DNA from: Octopus vulgaris
Lineage: Eukaryota
NCBI GenBank assembly: GCA_951406725.2
Contig: OX597815.1
Coordinates: 32,612,001-32,676,000 of the forward strand
Length of the DNA stretch: 64,000 nt
Direction: 5' to 3'
Under the pieces are notes generated by a model. That model ran no database searches and was not told the DNA's origin. It saw nothing but the letters and a program-made list of their open reading frames with translations. A program made the translations under genes and the position numbers. Positions 13,554 to 26,363 of the stretch are shown piece by piece (the first letter of the stretch is position 1; each line of letters opens with the position of its first letter).

Positions 13554-14388
13554 GACTTCTTTCGGTTTCAGTTTCTTTGGTTGGTCTGAGGATATAATGG
13601 AAGACGTTTGCTCAAGGTGCCACACAGTGGGACTGAACCCAGATCTATATGGCTGGGAAGCAAACTTCTTACTACACAGCCATACCTGTACCTATGATAA
13701 AGATATTTACTTCGCAACCATGGAGTTCAAAGTTTGATCTCACAAAGCAGCATCTTGGGCAAATATTTTGTGTTATAGACTTGGAATGACTTAAGTGATG
13801 TAAGCATAATTGGGTAAATAGAAACTATATCAGATTAACTCTTTCTATTCTGGAATGGCAGGCTTAAAACTGAGATTTGTTTCCAATTGGTTTATTTCTA
13901 ATTAAAAATAAACATATTTAAAATATTCATTGACTTGTATTCAAATGTTTGTCTATTGTGGTGTACAGTATATTTTTTTTTAAAGTAATATGACTCATAT
14001 TACTTTCTACATTTTACAAGTTAATGTAAAAATATTCAACAAAATAATGTTTTAAACAAATTTCAGAAAATTTAAAATCTGGTTTATTCATAAATATTAG
14101 CTTTCAATAGTTTGCATATTTTAAAATGCAAATTGGTTTGGTATTTGATTATACACACTACAAGTTTCATAAAATCTGATACTATTCTCTTAGAGTTAAA
14201 ATGAAAAGTTATTTACTAAGTTAATAAATAAAGTACTTGGTTACAGCAACAGTAATTTAAAAAAAAATTTTTTTGAAATAGTTGAATTGTTTAAGAATTA
14301 CAGATTGCTAAACACTTAAGAAATGGGTATAATAGAAAAAATGTTTTATGGTTCATACCCTACTATTGTGATTCACTATGAGGTGTGT

Positions 14389-14599
14389 TTAACTCTTTAA
14401 AATTTAAACCAGCCATATCCAGCCCAAATATTCTACCTGTTTTATGTTAAAACTGGCCAAATTCCGCCTCTTACACCTACCTACAATATCTTCGCATCAT
14501 CGAAATCTCGAAGCTATGAGATAATGTGTGACTAATTCAAAGTAATGTGAATAAATAAGGAATACATTTGACAGAGTTATGTGAATGCTAAAAGGTTAA
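14389..14599 (+). mobile_element. TTAA-flanked non-autonomous piggyBac-type MITE
   Basis: Bounded by TTAA-CTCTTTA...TGCTAAAAGG-TTAA; an inverted copy lies at 59587-59794. Confidence 0.7.
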
Positions 14600-15324
14600 C
14601 TCCAGATCAGTTTTGTTCATGAAGTCCTATTTTCAAAGACATTCTAGCTGTGACCATTTTGTAATTCCTTTTAGACGTAATATATCTAGGACTATATTGT
14701 CCAATGTGTCCTTTTAAAGAAAAGACAGAATGGAATCAAGAGAATTCTTAACCAGAATATATACGACAGGCTTCTTTCAGTTTCCATCTACCAAATCCAT
14801 TCACAAGGCTTTAGTCAGCCCAAGAACCAGGTGGTTGGTAAGCAAGCCACTTACCACACAGCCACTCTTGCACCTATTAAGGACTTTTCTAGTGAATCTC
14901 ACTCTAGATTCAGTGAAAGGATTAACTTAATTTATAATTTTTAGATGTAAAGTTATGTTGGGGATTCTAGTTACTTTGGTGATACATTGTGTTACAGGTG
15001 ACACCAATTATCTTGAATAAGAAACCAATTTGTGGAAAGATTTTTATTCCCATCAAAGGTTTTCATTCTAATACTACAACCAAATAACACATTCATTATT
15101 CCTAACCAATGAGGTTTAGTCTGCTTGTAATGACAATCAAATTTTCCACATAAAGGACACCCTACAATATTAAATAATAATCTTAGATATACTATAACCG
15201 AAAGAAATAAAAAGATGGGGTAGTCACTGAAACATCTCTAAATATAGGAAGATTTTAAATCTCTTTGATCAGGAACTAAACAGCAACAACTAAAACAATG
15301 CTCATTATTATTACAATTATTATA

Positions 15325-15545
15325 AAGGCAGTGAGTTAGTAGAATCGTTAGCATGCTAGGTAAAATGCTAAGCAGTATTTTATCTGTCTTTAGGTGCTGA
15401 GATCAAATGCTGCTGGGGGTTGACTTTGCCTTTCATCCTTTTAGGGTTGATAAATTAAGTCCCAGTTGAGGACTGAGATCAATTTAATCAACTTACATCC
15501 TCCCCTGAACTTACTGGTCCTGTGACAAAATTTGAAACCATTATT
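15325..15545 (+). mobile_element. SINE family B (GAGTTCAAAT B-box; AAGGCGGCGAGCTGGCAGAA-type head; (ATT)n tail)
   Basis: Homologous to about 20 other copies in the window; flanked by the duplicated CATTATTATTACAATTATTA. Confidence 0.8.
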
Positions 15546-16426
15546 ATTACAATTATTACAGTGACTCCACTGATTATAGAGGACATACTGTAATACCACA
15601 TGGTTAACTATTTACAACTACATGGCTGGACATAATGCAAAGCTTATAACACCCTTCTAACTCAAATAGTTATCACACACACACACACACAAAATCACTC
15701 TCCCTTCTCCTCTCTGAGACTGTATAAATATACTATCAAGAACCAATAACGTGTATGTATGCATGAAAGATACTTACCAAAGTTATTGAGTTATTTTATA
15801 GTTTCGAAACTTTATATCAATCTCTCTAAGGGAATTCATTTTTATGGAAGTAGAGCAAAAAAAAAAAAAAAAAAAAGAAAAAAGAAAACCCTCCCAAAAA
15901 AACTGAGGAACAAAAAGTAGAAGTTATGAAGAAAACTAAGAGAAAGAAATATTTTCAAATTGACATATTTTTTACCCACTGAATACTTTGTAGATGGGTG
16001 GACCCACAGATTCATTATCTAACAAAATTAACTCTTAAATAAATCAAATCAAGTGTTGTTTAAAGTTAGTTTAAAGTTTGTTTTATCTTCTTCATTGTTC
16101 AGTTTTCACCTCGCTAAATTGTAGTAAAGTTTCTTTTTGCAATAATAATAATGGTAAAAAAAAAAAAAAAAGTGTCATATTTGGTTCCAACAGACTACAT
16201 TGTTTTACATGTAATTTGAAAGGTTTAGAATTTCAGCTGATTCTATATAGGGCAGTGGCAGCAATGTTATGTTCTGTTTCTTCAAATTCTCACACCACTC
16301 TCAGAATGAAATATCAGTTTTCAGACATAGATGCTGAAACATACGCCCTGTTGCAAAACATGGGTCTCACTCTCCCACTATCTCTTGCACAGAAATACCA
16401 ACTGTGGTGTTGGTGGAGGCGGGGAG

Positions 16427-16461
<35 letters not shown>

Positions 16462-16635
16462 TATCTACAGCAAAATTTGAGATATATAACTAATCATTTA
16501 TAAGAACATGATAAAATATCCAAATCGTTAAGTTAATGATATATATATGAGTGTGTGTATACACATATATATATATATGTATAAATATGTGTGTGTGTGA
16601 ATATATATATATATGTATGTTCATATATATATATA

Positions 16636-16960
16636 TCATCATCATCATCATCGTTTAACGTCTGCTTTCCATGCTAGCATGGGGAGGACGATTTGACAGA
16701 GGACTGGTGAATCAGATGGCTGCACCAGGCTCCAGTCTTGATCTAGCAGAGTTTCTACAGCTGGAAACTCTGCCAGATCAAGATTGGAGCCTGGTACAGC
16801 CATCTGGCTTGCCAGTTCTCAGTCAAACCATCCAACCCATGCCAGCAATCTGGCAGAGTTTCTACAGCTGGATGCCCTTCCTAATGCCAACCACTCTGAG
16901 AGTGTAGTGGGTGCTTTTACGTGCCACCAGCACGAAGGCCAGTCAGGCAGTACTGGCAAC
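16636..16960 (-). mobile_element. RTE-tail element with internal inverted duplication
   Basis: (CAT)n tail at left; segment 16672-16755 recurs inverted at 16764-16847. Confidence 0.85.
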
Positions 16961-17037
16961 AGTGGAGTGTTCACAGTCTGGCTGAAGTGATGACGTTGGC
17001 AGTAGTAGCTTGTTGGTACTGTGACTGTGTGTTCGTT

Positions 17038-17151
17038 CAATAGTAATTGGTATACAGAGACAGATGGACAAAACTCAATGGTAGTTGGTATAGAGAGACA
17101 TATGGACGGACTTCAATGGTGATTGGTATACAAAGACAGACAGACAAAACT
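17038..17151. repeat. 38-bp tandem repeat x3
   Basis: Unit resembles CAATAGTAATTGGTATACAGAGACAGATGGACAAAACT. Confidence 0.85.
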
Positions 17152-18934
17152 CAACTTGTTCAATAGTAAATTTTATTCACAGCAGTGGATTACATACAAT
17201 GTCAATGCCTTGTATAAGATTTCTGTAAAGAAGTAAGTTGTGTTTTATGGAGACGTCTATAGTGCCAATGAATGCATGAAGACATTAGATGAACTGTGTG
17301 TATATAGAAAGAGACTTGATAGAAGTGTTTCTAGTAAACCATGAGAGATGATGGCATTGAGTTTGGTTGATTATGCTAGCGCATGTGGAAGAAGGGTTGT
17401 TCTTGTGTGAGAAATGCCAGTGCAAATGCAATAGAACCAAACTACCAGCTGGGTGTCTTTAGAGAAACGAAATGAAAGGAACTCAATTAAACATGGTCAC
17501 AGCCACTTTATATAAGTGACAAAAGGATGAAGTAGAAGGAGCCTGTTTATTTGGCCAATCACAGACCGAATGGAACTGTAAACTTAGGGTGTTGTTTGAG
17601 CTTACCTTGGGATTAAAAATATATGTGTTAACTAATTTGGTAATTCTCTCCTGATGACCCAATACACTTGCTGGCTTCCAATATGCGGAGCGTTTGACTG
17701 GTAGCACTTGCATATGCAAGTTGTTTGCAAGACATAGTATAGATATGCTACAAGCTACAATGAAGCCTTATAGTATAAAAATAATTTTTTTTTATTTAAT
17801 GAATGAATGAATGAATTTATTTATTTATTGTCAGAATGCAATGAATATATTAAACTGAACATTTAGAAGTATAATTAAAATATTAATTAAGCTAGCTTCA
17901 GTAAAGAGTTGAAACTGGATCACAAAATGAACTTACTAAGAAGAATTCACTGCTGTGTCACAAAACTGCACTCACTACTATCAAGTTGGAAACAGTAGTT
18001 TCAGAAATATTGGTAAGTAGTAAGTGTAGAATATGACTGCTGAAATGTAAAACGTCAAGATGAGTGTTGTTAATAAAACTGCCTATCACTGAACCATGTT
18101 TGTATCCTTCAATTAAAGTAATAATATATATCAAATCTTTACCAACATAATTAACTCCTTGACAACGGTATCTACAGCTGCAATAATAACGTATTAGTAA
18201 TTATAACTTGTTTTAACAGCAATTGCAAACTTCTGTGATTATATATTACTAACAGCTATGGGGGGTGCAAAGAATAATTACCTTATGATATCATCCTTTG
18301 CAGTAACAATGTGTGTGTGTGTGTGTGCGTGTGTGAGTGTGTGTGCATGTGTGTGAGTGTGTGTATGTGCGTGTGTGGGTGGGTCGGGGCATGTATGCAT
18401 GTGTGTGTGCACGTGTGCATGCACATACCCGTGTGTGTGTAGATATGAAGAGCCAGGTTGAATGCTGTTTTGTGTATAAAACCCTCAAAAAAGCACCCTA
18501 TATGCACTCACAGATCATTGTATATATGTTTAGCACCTTTAGTTAAATCCATATTCATGTTGGACACAATGATCTTCAGTAGACTTCCATAGAAGTTGTT
18601 GGAAGCTATAAACAAGCTTATCTACAGTATCATGAGCACAACTTGCAATATCAGTGCATTCAGTAAAAATGAAAATCCAACGAGCATGCACTGCACATCT
18701 GCACTCTAAGTGTAATAGCCAGGAACTGGCAAGGCCCACCAGTGGGAAAATTTTCTTGCATGCACAGAAAGGGTAACATCATCTGTCCAAAAGATTTTAT
18801 TCACACAACGTTAGCTTTGGTAGGAAAAACTAGTTGGGTACTTTTTGAATGTGTGCCTTTGTGTATGTGTTTGTTTATGTCCCCATAACTGAGTAATTTG
18901 GCAAAAAAGACTGATAGAATAAGTACCAAGCTTA

Positions 18935-19150
18935 AGGTGGCGAGTTGGCAGAAACATTAGCACGTTGGGTGAAATGCTTAATGACATTTCATCTGTCTTT
19001 ACGTTCTGAGTTCAAATTCCACCAAGGTCGACTTTGCCTTTTATCCTTTCAGGGTCGATAAATTAAGTACCAGTTATGTACTAGGGTCGATCTAATCGAC
19101 TGCCCCCACCTCCCCAAAATTTCAGGCCTTGTGCCTAGAGTAGAAAAGAA
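18935..19150 (+). mobile_element. SINE family B nested in the 3' part of a family A SINE
   Basis: Flanked by an imperfect TSD GAATAA(G/A)TACCA(A/G)GCTTAA; family A sequence continues on both sides. Confidence 0.85.
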
Positions 19151-19329
19151 TAAATACCAGGCTTAAAAGAAAAAGTACTGAGAATGATTTAACAACAGAA
19201 CCCTTCAAAGCAGTGCCCCTGCATGGCCACAGTCCAATGATTCAAAGAAAAAAGAAAGGTAAAAGATAATGTGAAACCTTGGTATGAATACAATAACAGT
19301 AGCAAAATACACACATATATATTAGTCAA

Positions 19330-20530
19330 ATGTGTAGGGTTAGCATCCATAAACTTTGTAGGCCCTTCTTGGACTGTGGAGATTGAAACAGCTGATGTTC
19401 TGTTTGCCTGTGTGCAGCTGTTAGAAAAATATAGGTGAGAAGAGAATACCAGAGTAGAAGCAACTGGTTTAATATGGAACCTGGAAGGTGAGGCACAGTA
19501 AGAATGACAGGGGGATAAGAGCAGGTAGACCTGGGTGAGTGTGTTAGCTTGTTCAGAAGAACAGGTGTGAATATAGTAGTGGTAGAGGAGCCAATGGTTT
19601 AATTATGTTGGTGCAGGAATCATTGTTAATTATTCTTTTCTACTCTAGGCACAAGGCCTGAAATTTTTTTTTGGGGGGGGGGGGGGGGGGGCAGGGGCCA
19701 ATCGATTAGATTGACCCAAGTATGCAAATGGTACTTAATTCATTGACCCCAAAAGGATGAAAGGCAAAGTTGACCGTGACAGAATTTGAATTCAGAATGT
19801 AAAGACAGACAAAATACCGCTAGTCATTTCACCCAGCATGCTAACGTTTCTTATTTCTTTATTGCCGACAAGGGGCTAAACATAGAGGAGACAAACAAGG
19901 ACAAACAAATGGATTAAGTCGATTTCACCAACCCCAGTGCATAACTGGTATTTAATTTATCGACCCCAAAAAGATGAAAAGCAAAGTCAACCTCGGCGGA
20001 ATTTGAACTCAGAATGTAAAGACAGACGAAATACTGCTAAGCATTTCGCTTGGCATGTTAACATTTCTGCCAGCTTGCCGACTTGGAATCATTGTTAATT
20101 ATTACAACAGTCTCTTTTAGATGCAATCTTTGGTGTATGAATGTCCAGCAGCAGTACAGTCCCATACATATAAGTACCATTCTAATGTGAATTTTGTTTG
20201 AGTTTTGTGGAAAATTTGCTATGTTAAGTGCAGGATCTGCAATGGAATACTATAAGAGTGACAGGAAAGTCAGGTGCATCTGGGTGATAAGGATAATAAG
20301 GATATATATCCAGCTAATTTGAAGAAATAGAGGCTATTTTAGTTGTGATATAAGATAAAAAGGAAGTAAAACAGCATGTCTGTAAACCAATGATTATAGT
20401 GTATTGGTGAGTCAATCTTTGCCAGTTGCAGAATGACCTTCTTTTGAATGTAATCTAGCAAGTTCGTGTGTGGCAATAGCACACGCCTGGATATACCAGC
20501 AACTAAGCTAAGTTCTCTATTTACCATTTA
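19330..20530 (-). mobile_element. L2/CR1-group LINE C-terminal remnants, interrupted by SINEs
   Basis: NLLDYIQKKVI motif (ORF 20339-20527); 19330-19615 resembles the reverse complement of 49430-49740. Confidence 0.5.
19635..20084 (-). mobile_element. Two family B SINEs (different 3' subfamilies) inside one 19-bp TSD
   Basis: GGAATCATTGTTAATTATT at 19616-19634 and 20085-20103. Confidence 0.9.
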
Positions 20531-21088
20531 TATGGCTAATTCATCATCCTTTAAGTGCCAACAGGTTAGTAATGAGGTATTTTGACATGTTCAAAATGGT
20601 TTGTCAGATTTCTGGCACTTCCAAAATTCATCAAAGTTATTCTTGAATTTTTTTTGTTTTCTTTGAATTGTGCAAAATAATTAATTTAGTAGACTGCCTT
20701 TAACTCTCTGACCCCTCTTGTCACTCAATTCTGAACTAAAATTCTAAAAAGTAAAAAACTTGCTGATATGCAAGTTTGATAAATCTTATCTGGACTAAAC
20801 CAAACTGGAATCTTGGAGCTGGTTATTTTACTGCTTACTTCAATTCTTTTCATGTTGTTATTTTTGCTTTGAAATTTTAGTTTTATCTGTGTTCACTCCA
20901 GATTGCTAATCATTTTGTCATGAAGTAGGGGTGGTACCTGCATTTTGTTTTCAAGGACCCTGGAACCATGAGCAAAATGTTATGGCTTGAGTAAGATGTT
21001 TTGTGTAAGTGTGTTTTGTATGTGAGTATGCGTCTGAATAAGCATACGTAGATATATGTATGTAAGTAAATATCAGAAAACATACATA

Positions 21089-21527
21089 CCGTAAATCCCT
21101 GAGTATTATCCGTATTTTTTTCCCAAAATTTAACGGTCAAAATCCCTAGTGCATACTATTTGCTGTCCGGCAATGTTTATTCAGATGCATTTTGTGATGT
21201 CAGGCGTGAAAATACCTTAAGCAATAAAAGAATCATCCAAAACTTGCAATAAGCAACATTTATTAAATGTTATTACTGTTATTTCTTTATTTTCTGCAAA
21301 CAAAATGCACAAAAAGCTACACGTTTGCATTATGTTATATGTACAATGATAATAAAGGACGTTACCGTATAAATTTTTACAAACCAAGGACATTATATAG
21401 ACCTCATTGACTCAAGTTAGAGAAGGGGTGCGTATTATACACAAGGTTTAGGTTTTTTTGAGGTATAATCCCCTAAAAATCCCCAGCATATTATACTCAA
21501 GGGCAGACTATACTCAAGGATTTACGG
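21089..21527. mobile_element. pogo/Tigger-type MITE with TA TSD
   Basis: TIRs TA-CCGTAAATCCCTGAGTAT ... ATACTCAAGGATTTACGG-TA. Confidence 0.85.
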
Positions 21528-22029
21528 TACATATGCAATAATGACAGATGAAATCACCTTAATCTATCATTAAATTATATACAGAATAACTGTAAACATC
21601 ATACATGAATACATAATTATGTGTTGTTATAGAGGCCAGCTATCCAGTGAAAATGTATCATTGAGAAAGAAACCATGCATAGAGAATGCCATTGAACAAT
21701 AGCATTTCTACCCAAATTGTAATTACATTTGTAGCAATAATCATTAACACATTTGGTTGTTTTGATAATTGTCTAAATAATAACTTTGACAAACTGGGAT
21801 TTTCAGGCAAAGAAAGAGACTACCTAGCATGTCTTCTTCATATTAAGTAAGCAGAACAGTGAAAATATGCAAGCTTTTCTGAAAGTTAACACATAAATCA
21901 TTATGGATAATAATCCTGTCTACTCTAGGCACAAGGCCTGAAATTTTAGGAGAGGGAGCCAGTCGGTTACATTGACCCCAGTGCTTGACTTGTACTTATT
22001 TCATTCACTCGAAAAGGATAAAAGGTATT

Positions 22030-22295
22030 ATGGGTAATAACGACAATTATGAAGACCATAATAATGACAACAAAGTTGATGATGAAGACGACAATGATGA
22101 TAAAAAGATAAAAAGCCATGATAACAATGAAAATTATGTGGAGAGGGAGGAAGAGGAGAACGATTTCAAAGATGCTGAGGATAGTGACAATGTTCATAAT
22201 AACCATAATTGTGATCATTATAACAATGATATTGATGATGGTAATAATGATAATGATGGTGATGATGACAATGAAGTGAGGGACAATAACAAATA
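22030..22295. repeat. Degenerate (GAT/AAT/GAC)n trinucleotide low-complexity tract
   Basis: Directly visible; gives a D/N-rich pseudo-ORF. Confidence 0.85.
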
Positions 22296-22444
22296 TTGAA
22301 CACTTCAGTAGCCTTTTCATACCAGCCTATAATGACTTTTGATGTAAGGGTGTGAATTTATATCCTATTTTGCCCCAGCACCATCACCCAAATTCCTCAC
22401 TCTACTCCCTTGGCTAATAAGGGAGCTTCTACATGGTTACATGA

Positions 22445-22790
22445 AAGCACATGGCTCAGTGCTTAAAGTGTCAGGCTCACAATCATGAGGTAGTGAGTTT
22501 GATTCCTGGACTGGGCTGTGTGCTGTGTTTTTGAGCAAGACACTTTTTTTCGTGTTGCTCCAGTTCATTCAGCTGTAGAAATGAGTTGCGATGTCACTGG
22601 TGCCAAGCTGTAATGGCCTTTGTTTTTCCTTTGGGTAACATCAGTGGTCTGGAGAGGGGTGGCTGGTATGTATGGGCGACTGCTGGTCTTCTATAAACCA
22701 CCTTGCCCAGACTTGTGTGCCTCGGAGGGTAACCTTCTATGTGCAATCCCATGTCATTTGTGACCGAAGGGGATCTTTACCTTTACCCTT
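22445..22790 (+). mobile_element. tRNA-derived SINE, family C (CORE-like TTGAGCAAGACAC)
   Basis: A box TGGCTCAGTGC, B box GAGTTTGATTCC, (TTTACC)n tail. Related copies at 32560-32845(+), 34620-34862(-) and 47010-47322(-). Confidence 0.75.
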
Positions 22791-23419
22791 TACATGGTTA
22801 CATATTCCACTAGAAATAGCATCCCAATCTCCTTCAAATTAAACTCTACTTTCTTGAAAAGAAAAGGACCCAAGCAATGATATAGTCCTATGTACACTAT
22901 ACTCATTTACTCATTTACTTGTTTCAGTCATTTGACTGCGGCCATGCTGGAGCACCGCCTTTAGTCGAGCAAGTCGACCCCGGGACTTATTCTTTGTAAG
23001 CCCAGTACTTATTCTATCGGTCTTTTTTGCCGAACCGCTAAGTGACGGGGACGTAAACACACCAGCATCGGTTGTCTCAAAAAAATAAAGGAAAGAAGCA
23101 GATGGAGTATTTTTGATCAAATTCTTACTTAAGGATGACCTGAAACCAATCAACAACAACAGCAACAATTAGTTACTTTGATCTAATTAACATTAGTTGA
23201 CTAAAGCATCAAATAATGTTAGATAGAAATTATCTAGGTTGTCTTCATTTCACATTTCTGATCACTTAAAGAAAATGGGGACATTTGAAAGGTCAACTTT
23301 TATAACAGACTTTTATGTTGTAGCTACTACTGTTATTATTATTATTCCTTTAATGTCCTGAGTTAATCTGGAATTTATTGATTTCTTATGTAAACACATC
23401 CTCAGCTTCCATGACAGAT

Positions 23420-23810
23420 GCAAACATGGCTATATGGGTAAGAAGCTCTCTTTGCAATTATGTGGTTTCAGGTTCAGTCCCATTGCACAGCATCTTGCGC
23501 AAGTATCCTCTACTATAGTCCTGCACTGACCAATGCATTGTGAGTAAATTTGGTAGATGGAAACTATGTAGAAGCCTGTTGCATATGTGTGTGTGTGTGT
23601 GTGTGTGTATGTGTTTGTTCCACACTACTGCTTGACAACCAGTGTTGGTTTGTCTACATCCTCATATCTTAGCAGCTTGACAAAAGACACTGCTAGAATA
23701 AGAACCAGACTTAAAAAATAAGCACTAGCATCGATTTGCTCAACTTAGACCCTTTTAGGTAATGCCCCAGCATGGCCACAATCAATGAGTGAAAGATGCA
23801 AAAGAAGATG
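23420..23810 (+). mobile_element. SINE family A, decayed full-length copy
   Basis: Homologous to the reverse complement of 9218-9607; internal (TG)n. Confidence 0.8.
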
Positions 23811-24141
23811 CTTAATGTCTCTCTTGAGTACCATAGAATATATCAGCTCTGAGCAATTCTTAGTTCTCTACAAGACACTAGAGTCAACTGAACATTTTAT
23901 TACTACAGGACTATACTACTCAAGTTTATAAATGACAAGATGTTTAAAGTTGCTGTAAAACTCAGAATATGTCTAAAAGACCAATACATCTGACATTAAA
24001 TGTTTGCAACCTGTCAGATACGGCTCAATGATTTATCAATTGCTCTGTTGCTATAGTACTATACTGACTTCAATTTTTGTCAGACTTTCTGGATAAATAA
24101 GGTTGATCTAATACACTATATTCACCTTAAATATGCATTAC

Positions 24142-24392
24142 ATCATCGTCATCATCATTGTTTAACGTTCATTTTCCATGCTAGCATGGGTTGGACGGTT
24201 CGACCGGGGTCTGGGAAGCCAGAAGGCTGCACCAGGCTCCAGTCTGATCTGGCAGTATTTCTACAGCTGGATGCCTTTCCTAACGTCAACCACTCTGTGA
24301 GTGTAGTGGGTTTTATGTGCCACCAGCACAGGGGCCAGAGGAGACTGGCAAAGAGCCATGATTGGTTGGTGCTTTTACGTGTCACCAGCATG
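24142..24392 (-). mobile_element. RTE-tail element
   Basis: (CAT)n tail plus CAGCTGGATGCC core and two GGTGCTTTTACGTG-type modules. Confidence 0.85.
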
Positions 24393-24439
24393 GGTATCTT
24401 AATTACAATTTCCATAACAAAAATTACAATAACAATGAA

Positions 24440-25400
24440 TGACAGTAAATGAGCAGACTTGCTTTATTTTGTTAGATACTACTGACAACAGTCAGATAGA
24501 ACACCTAAATGGAACACTAAGGAGCTTAATATTGCTTGTCCTTTCTGCAAGAAATATGCCAGAAAAAAGACAATGGAGTGAAATTTTTGGCAAGTTGTTC
24601 GATGTGATTAGATCCCTTCATTGCACTATAACTAACCAGACACCTTATCAAAGATCAATAGGACAGTTTTTATCTGGTTGTCTCAACTCGAAGAAATTTT
24701 ACCATGACGATTTAATTCTAACAATAGATATGAGCTAGAGGTCAATTATGTTAAAATGATTGATGTTAGTCATTCTTATACTCATATTAAATACGTAGAT
24801 GAACTGACACAGATTCAACTGAAGATATAACTCTATCTGGAAGATCAAACTCAACAGGATATATATCAAACTCTCATTCCACAGAAATGCTTTCCTTTGC
24901 TGATAGTTGTGATGCTTGTACTAGATTTTTCAACAGGTTGCTGTTGAAAAATCTGGTGTAATCAAGTGCTGGGTCAACTGATGAATGTTCAGTCAATGAT
25001 TGCTGCTATGTCATAGATAAGTCAGGCCCAAAATCAGTGTGAGCTGGTGTTGTCAAGAGCTAATCAAACCAGTGAAAAGAAAATCATGACTCCATGACTT
25101 GAATTTCTTTGGAAGGACTTGATAAACACCAGATAGACTAAGTCTTTAAAGTACCATTAAATGCTTTGAAATCATTGTTGCTACTTCCTGTCAAGATGCA
25201 TTATAGTATATTCTATCTGGTTGGTTACCAACTGCAATGAAATTGGATATAGTTACACTCGTATTTTAAAAACTGGAATGTTTTAAAAGGAAAAGAAAAA
25301 GACAATTTGATTCTTGCAACTGTTCAATGTCACAACAGATTGTGTGTCAAGAAAGAATATTTATCTTGAACAATTTAGATGTTTAAGTAGCAAATGTTGA
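24440..25400 (+). mobile_element. Possible highly decayed hAT (ZMYM1-like) transposase
   Basis: CFILLDTTDNSQIEHL resembles FSI..DETTD.S..EQL; little other support. Confidence 0.3.
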
Positions 25401-26363
25401 ATATAAGAGAATTTAAGAACATAAAAGTATTTAAGTTTAGTGCTTTCAGTTTAATCCTTACATTCACCACATAATATTTTGCGTTTAAGCCATTGTCTTC
25501 CAGAATTAATAATCTAAGTGCTTCGAACATGGTAAGCAGCAAGATATCAACCCTTGCATAACATAAATAGTGGAACCCTGTCATGTAGTTCACTTCAATA
25601 ACAGTTCATTACTTCAATAACAGTTCACTTCTTTCCACTAGTCTTTCAAAAAATCCATTGGTTCCATAAAATAATTATAGTTTAATAAAGAGTTTTTTTC
25701 TCATTGTTTAATTTTTAACTTGGGTCTCACTTTACAAACTTATGCTATAGAATCTGCAGCTAGTTAAATTCATTGCTGTAGAGCCTCCTTGTGGCTGACT
25801 GGGATTGGCAAAGTTTTACTAGACAAAGAAAAGTAATTTAAAAACAAAGACTTGATAAATAACAAACATATTTACTTATGAAATATAAAAATGTTAATAA
25901 ATTTGATAAATGCAAGTATATAATCTAGAAATATTCATATTCAAACAGGAATATGTAACATAGATTGGAATTCACATTTTGCCACATATGAATTTTAAAC
26001 CACAATTCAATCCTGGTTTGATCTTGTGGGCAACTGACATCTTGTCCAATAGTTATTTAGCCTGTTTAGAACTTTCCATGAACAAAGCCTATAAATATAG
26101 TCATGAAAGGTGCCAATTCAGCAAAATACTGTCCAAGTTGGTATGATGTTCCCCACCCTTACCAGTTTTAGAGTGTTTTGGGTTGAGCTCGGAATTGCAC
26201 CTTCTCTATAGTTGTTTTAATGGCTGCATGTTCAGTCAAGGATATTGAAGAAGCAGACATGACATGGCACCTTCATAAGTTAAAACCAGCCCATGTGTTA
26301 AACTTTAAACAGCGATTTTCCATCCATGTCACATTATGCTATTTCCATCTTACTACTTTTATA

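Noticed and set aside
21985-22299. Acidic D/N-rich 104-aa ORF and its hydrophobic antisense ORF
   Set aside because: Degenerate trinucleotide repeat starting inside a SINE.
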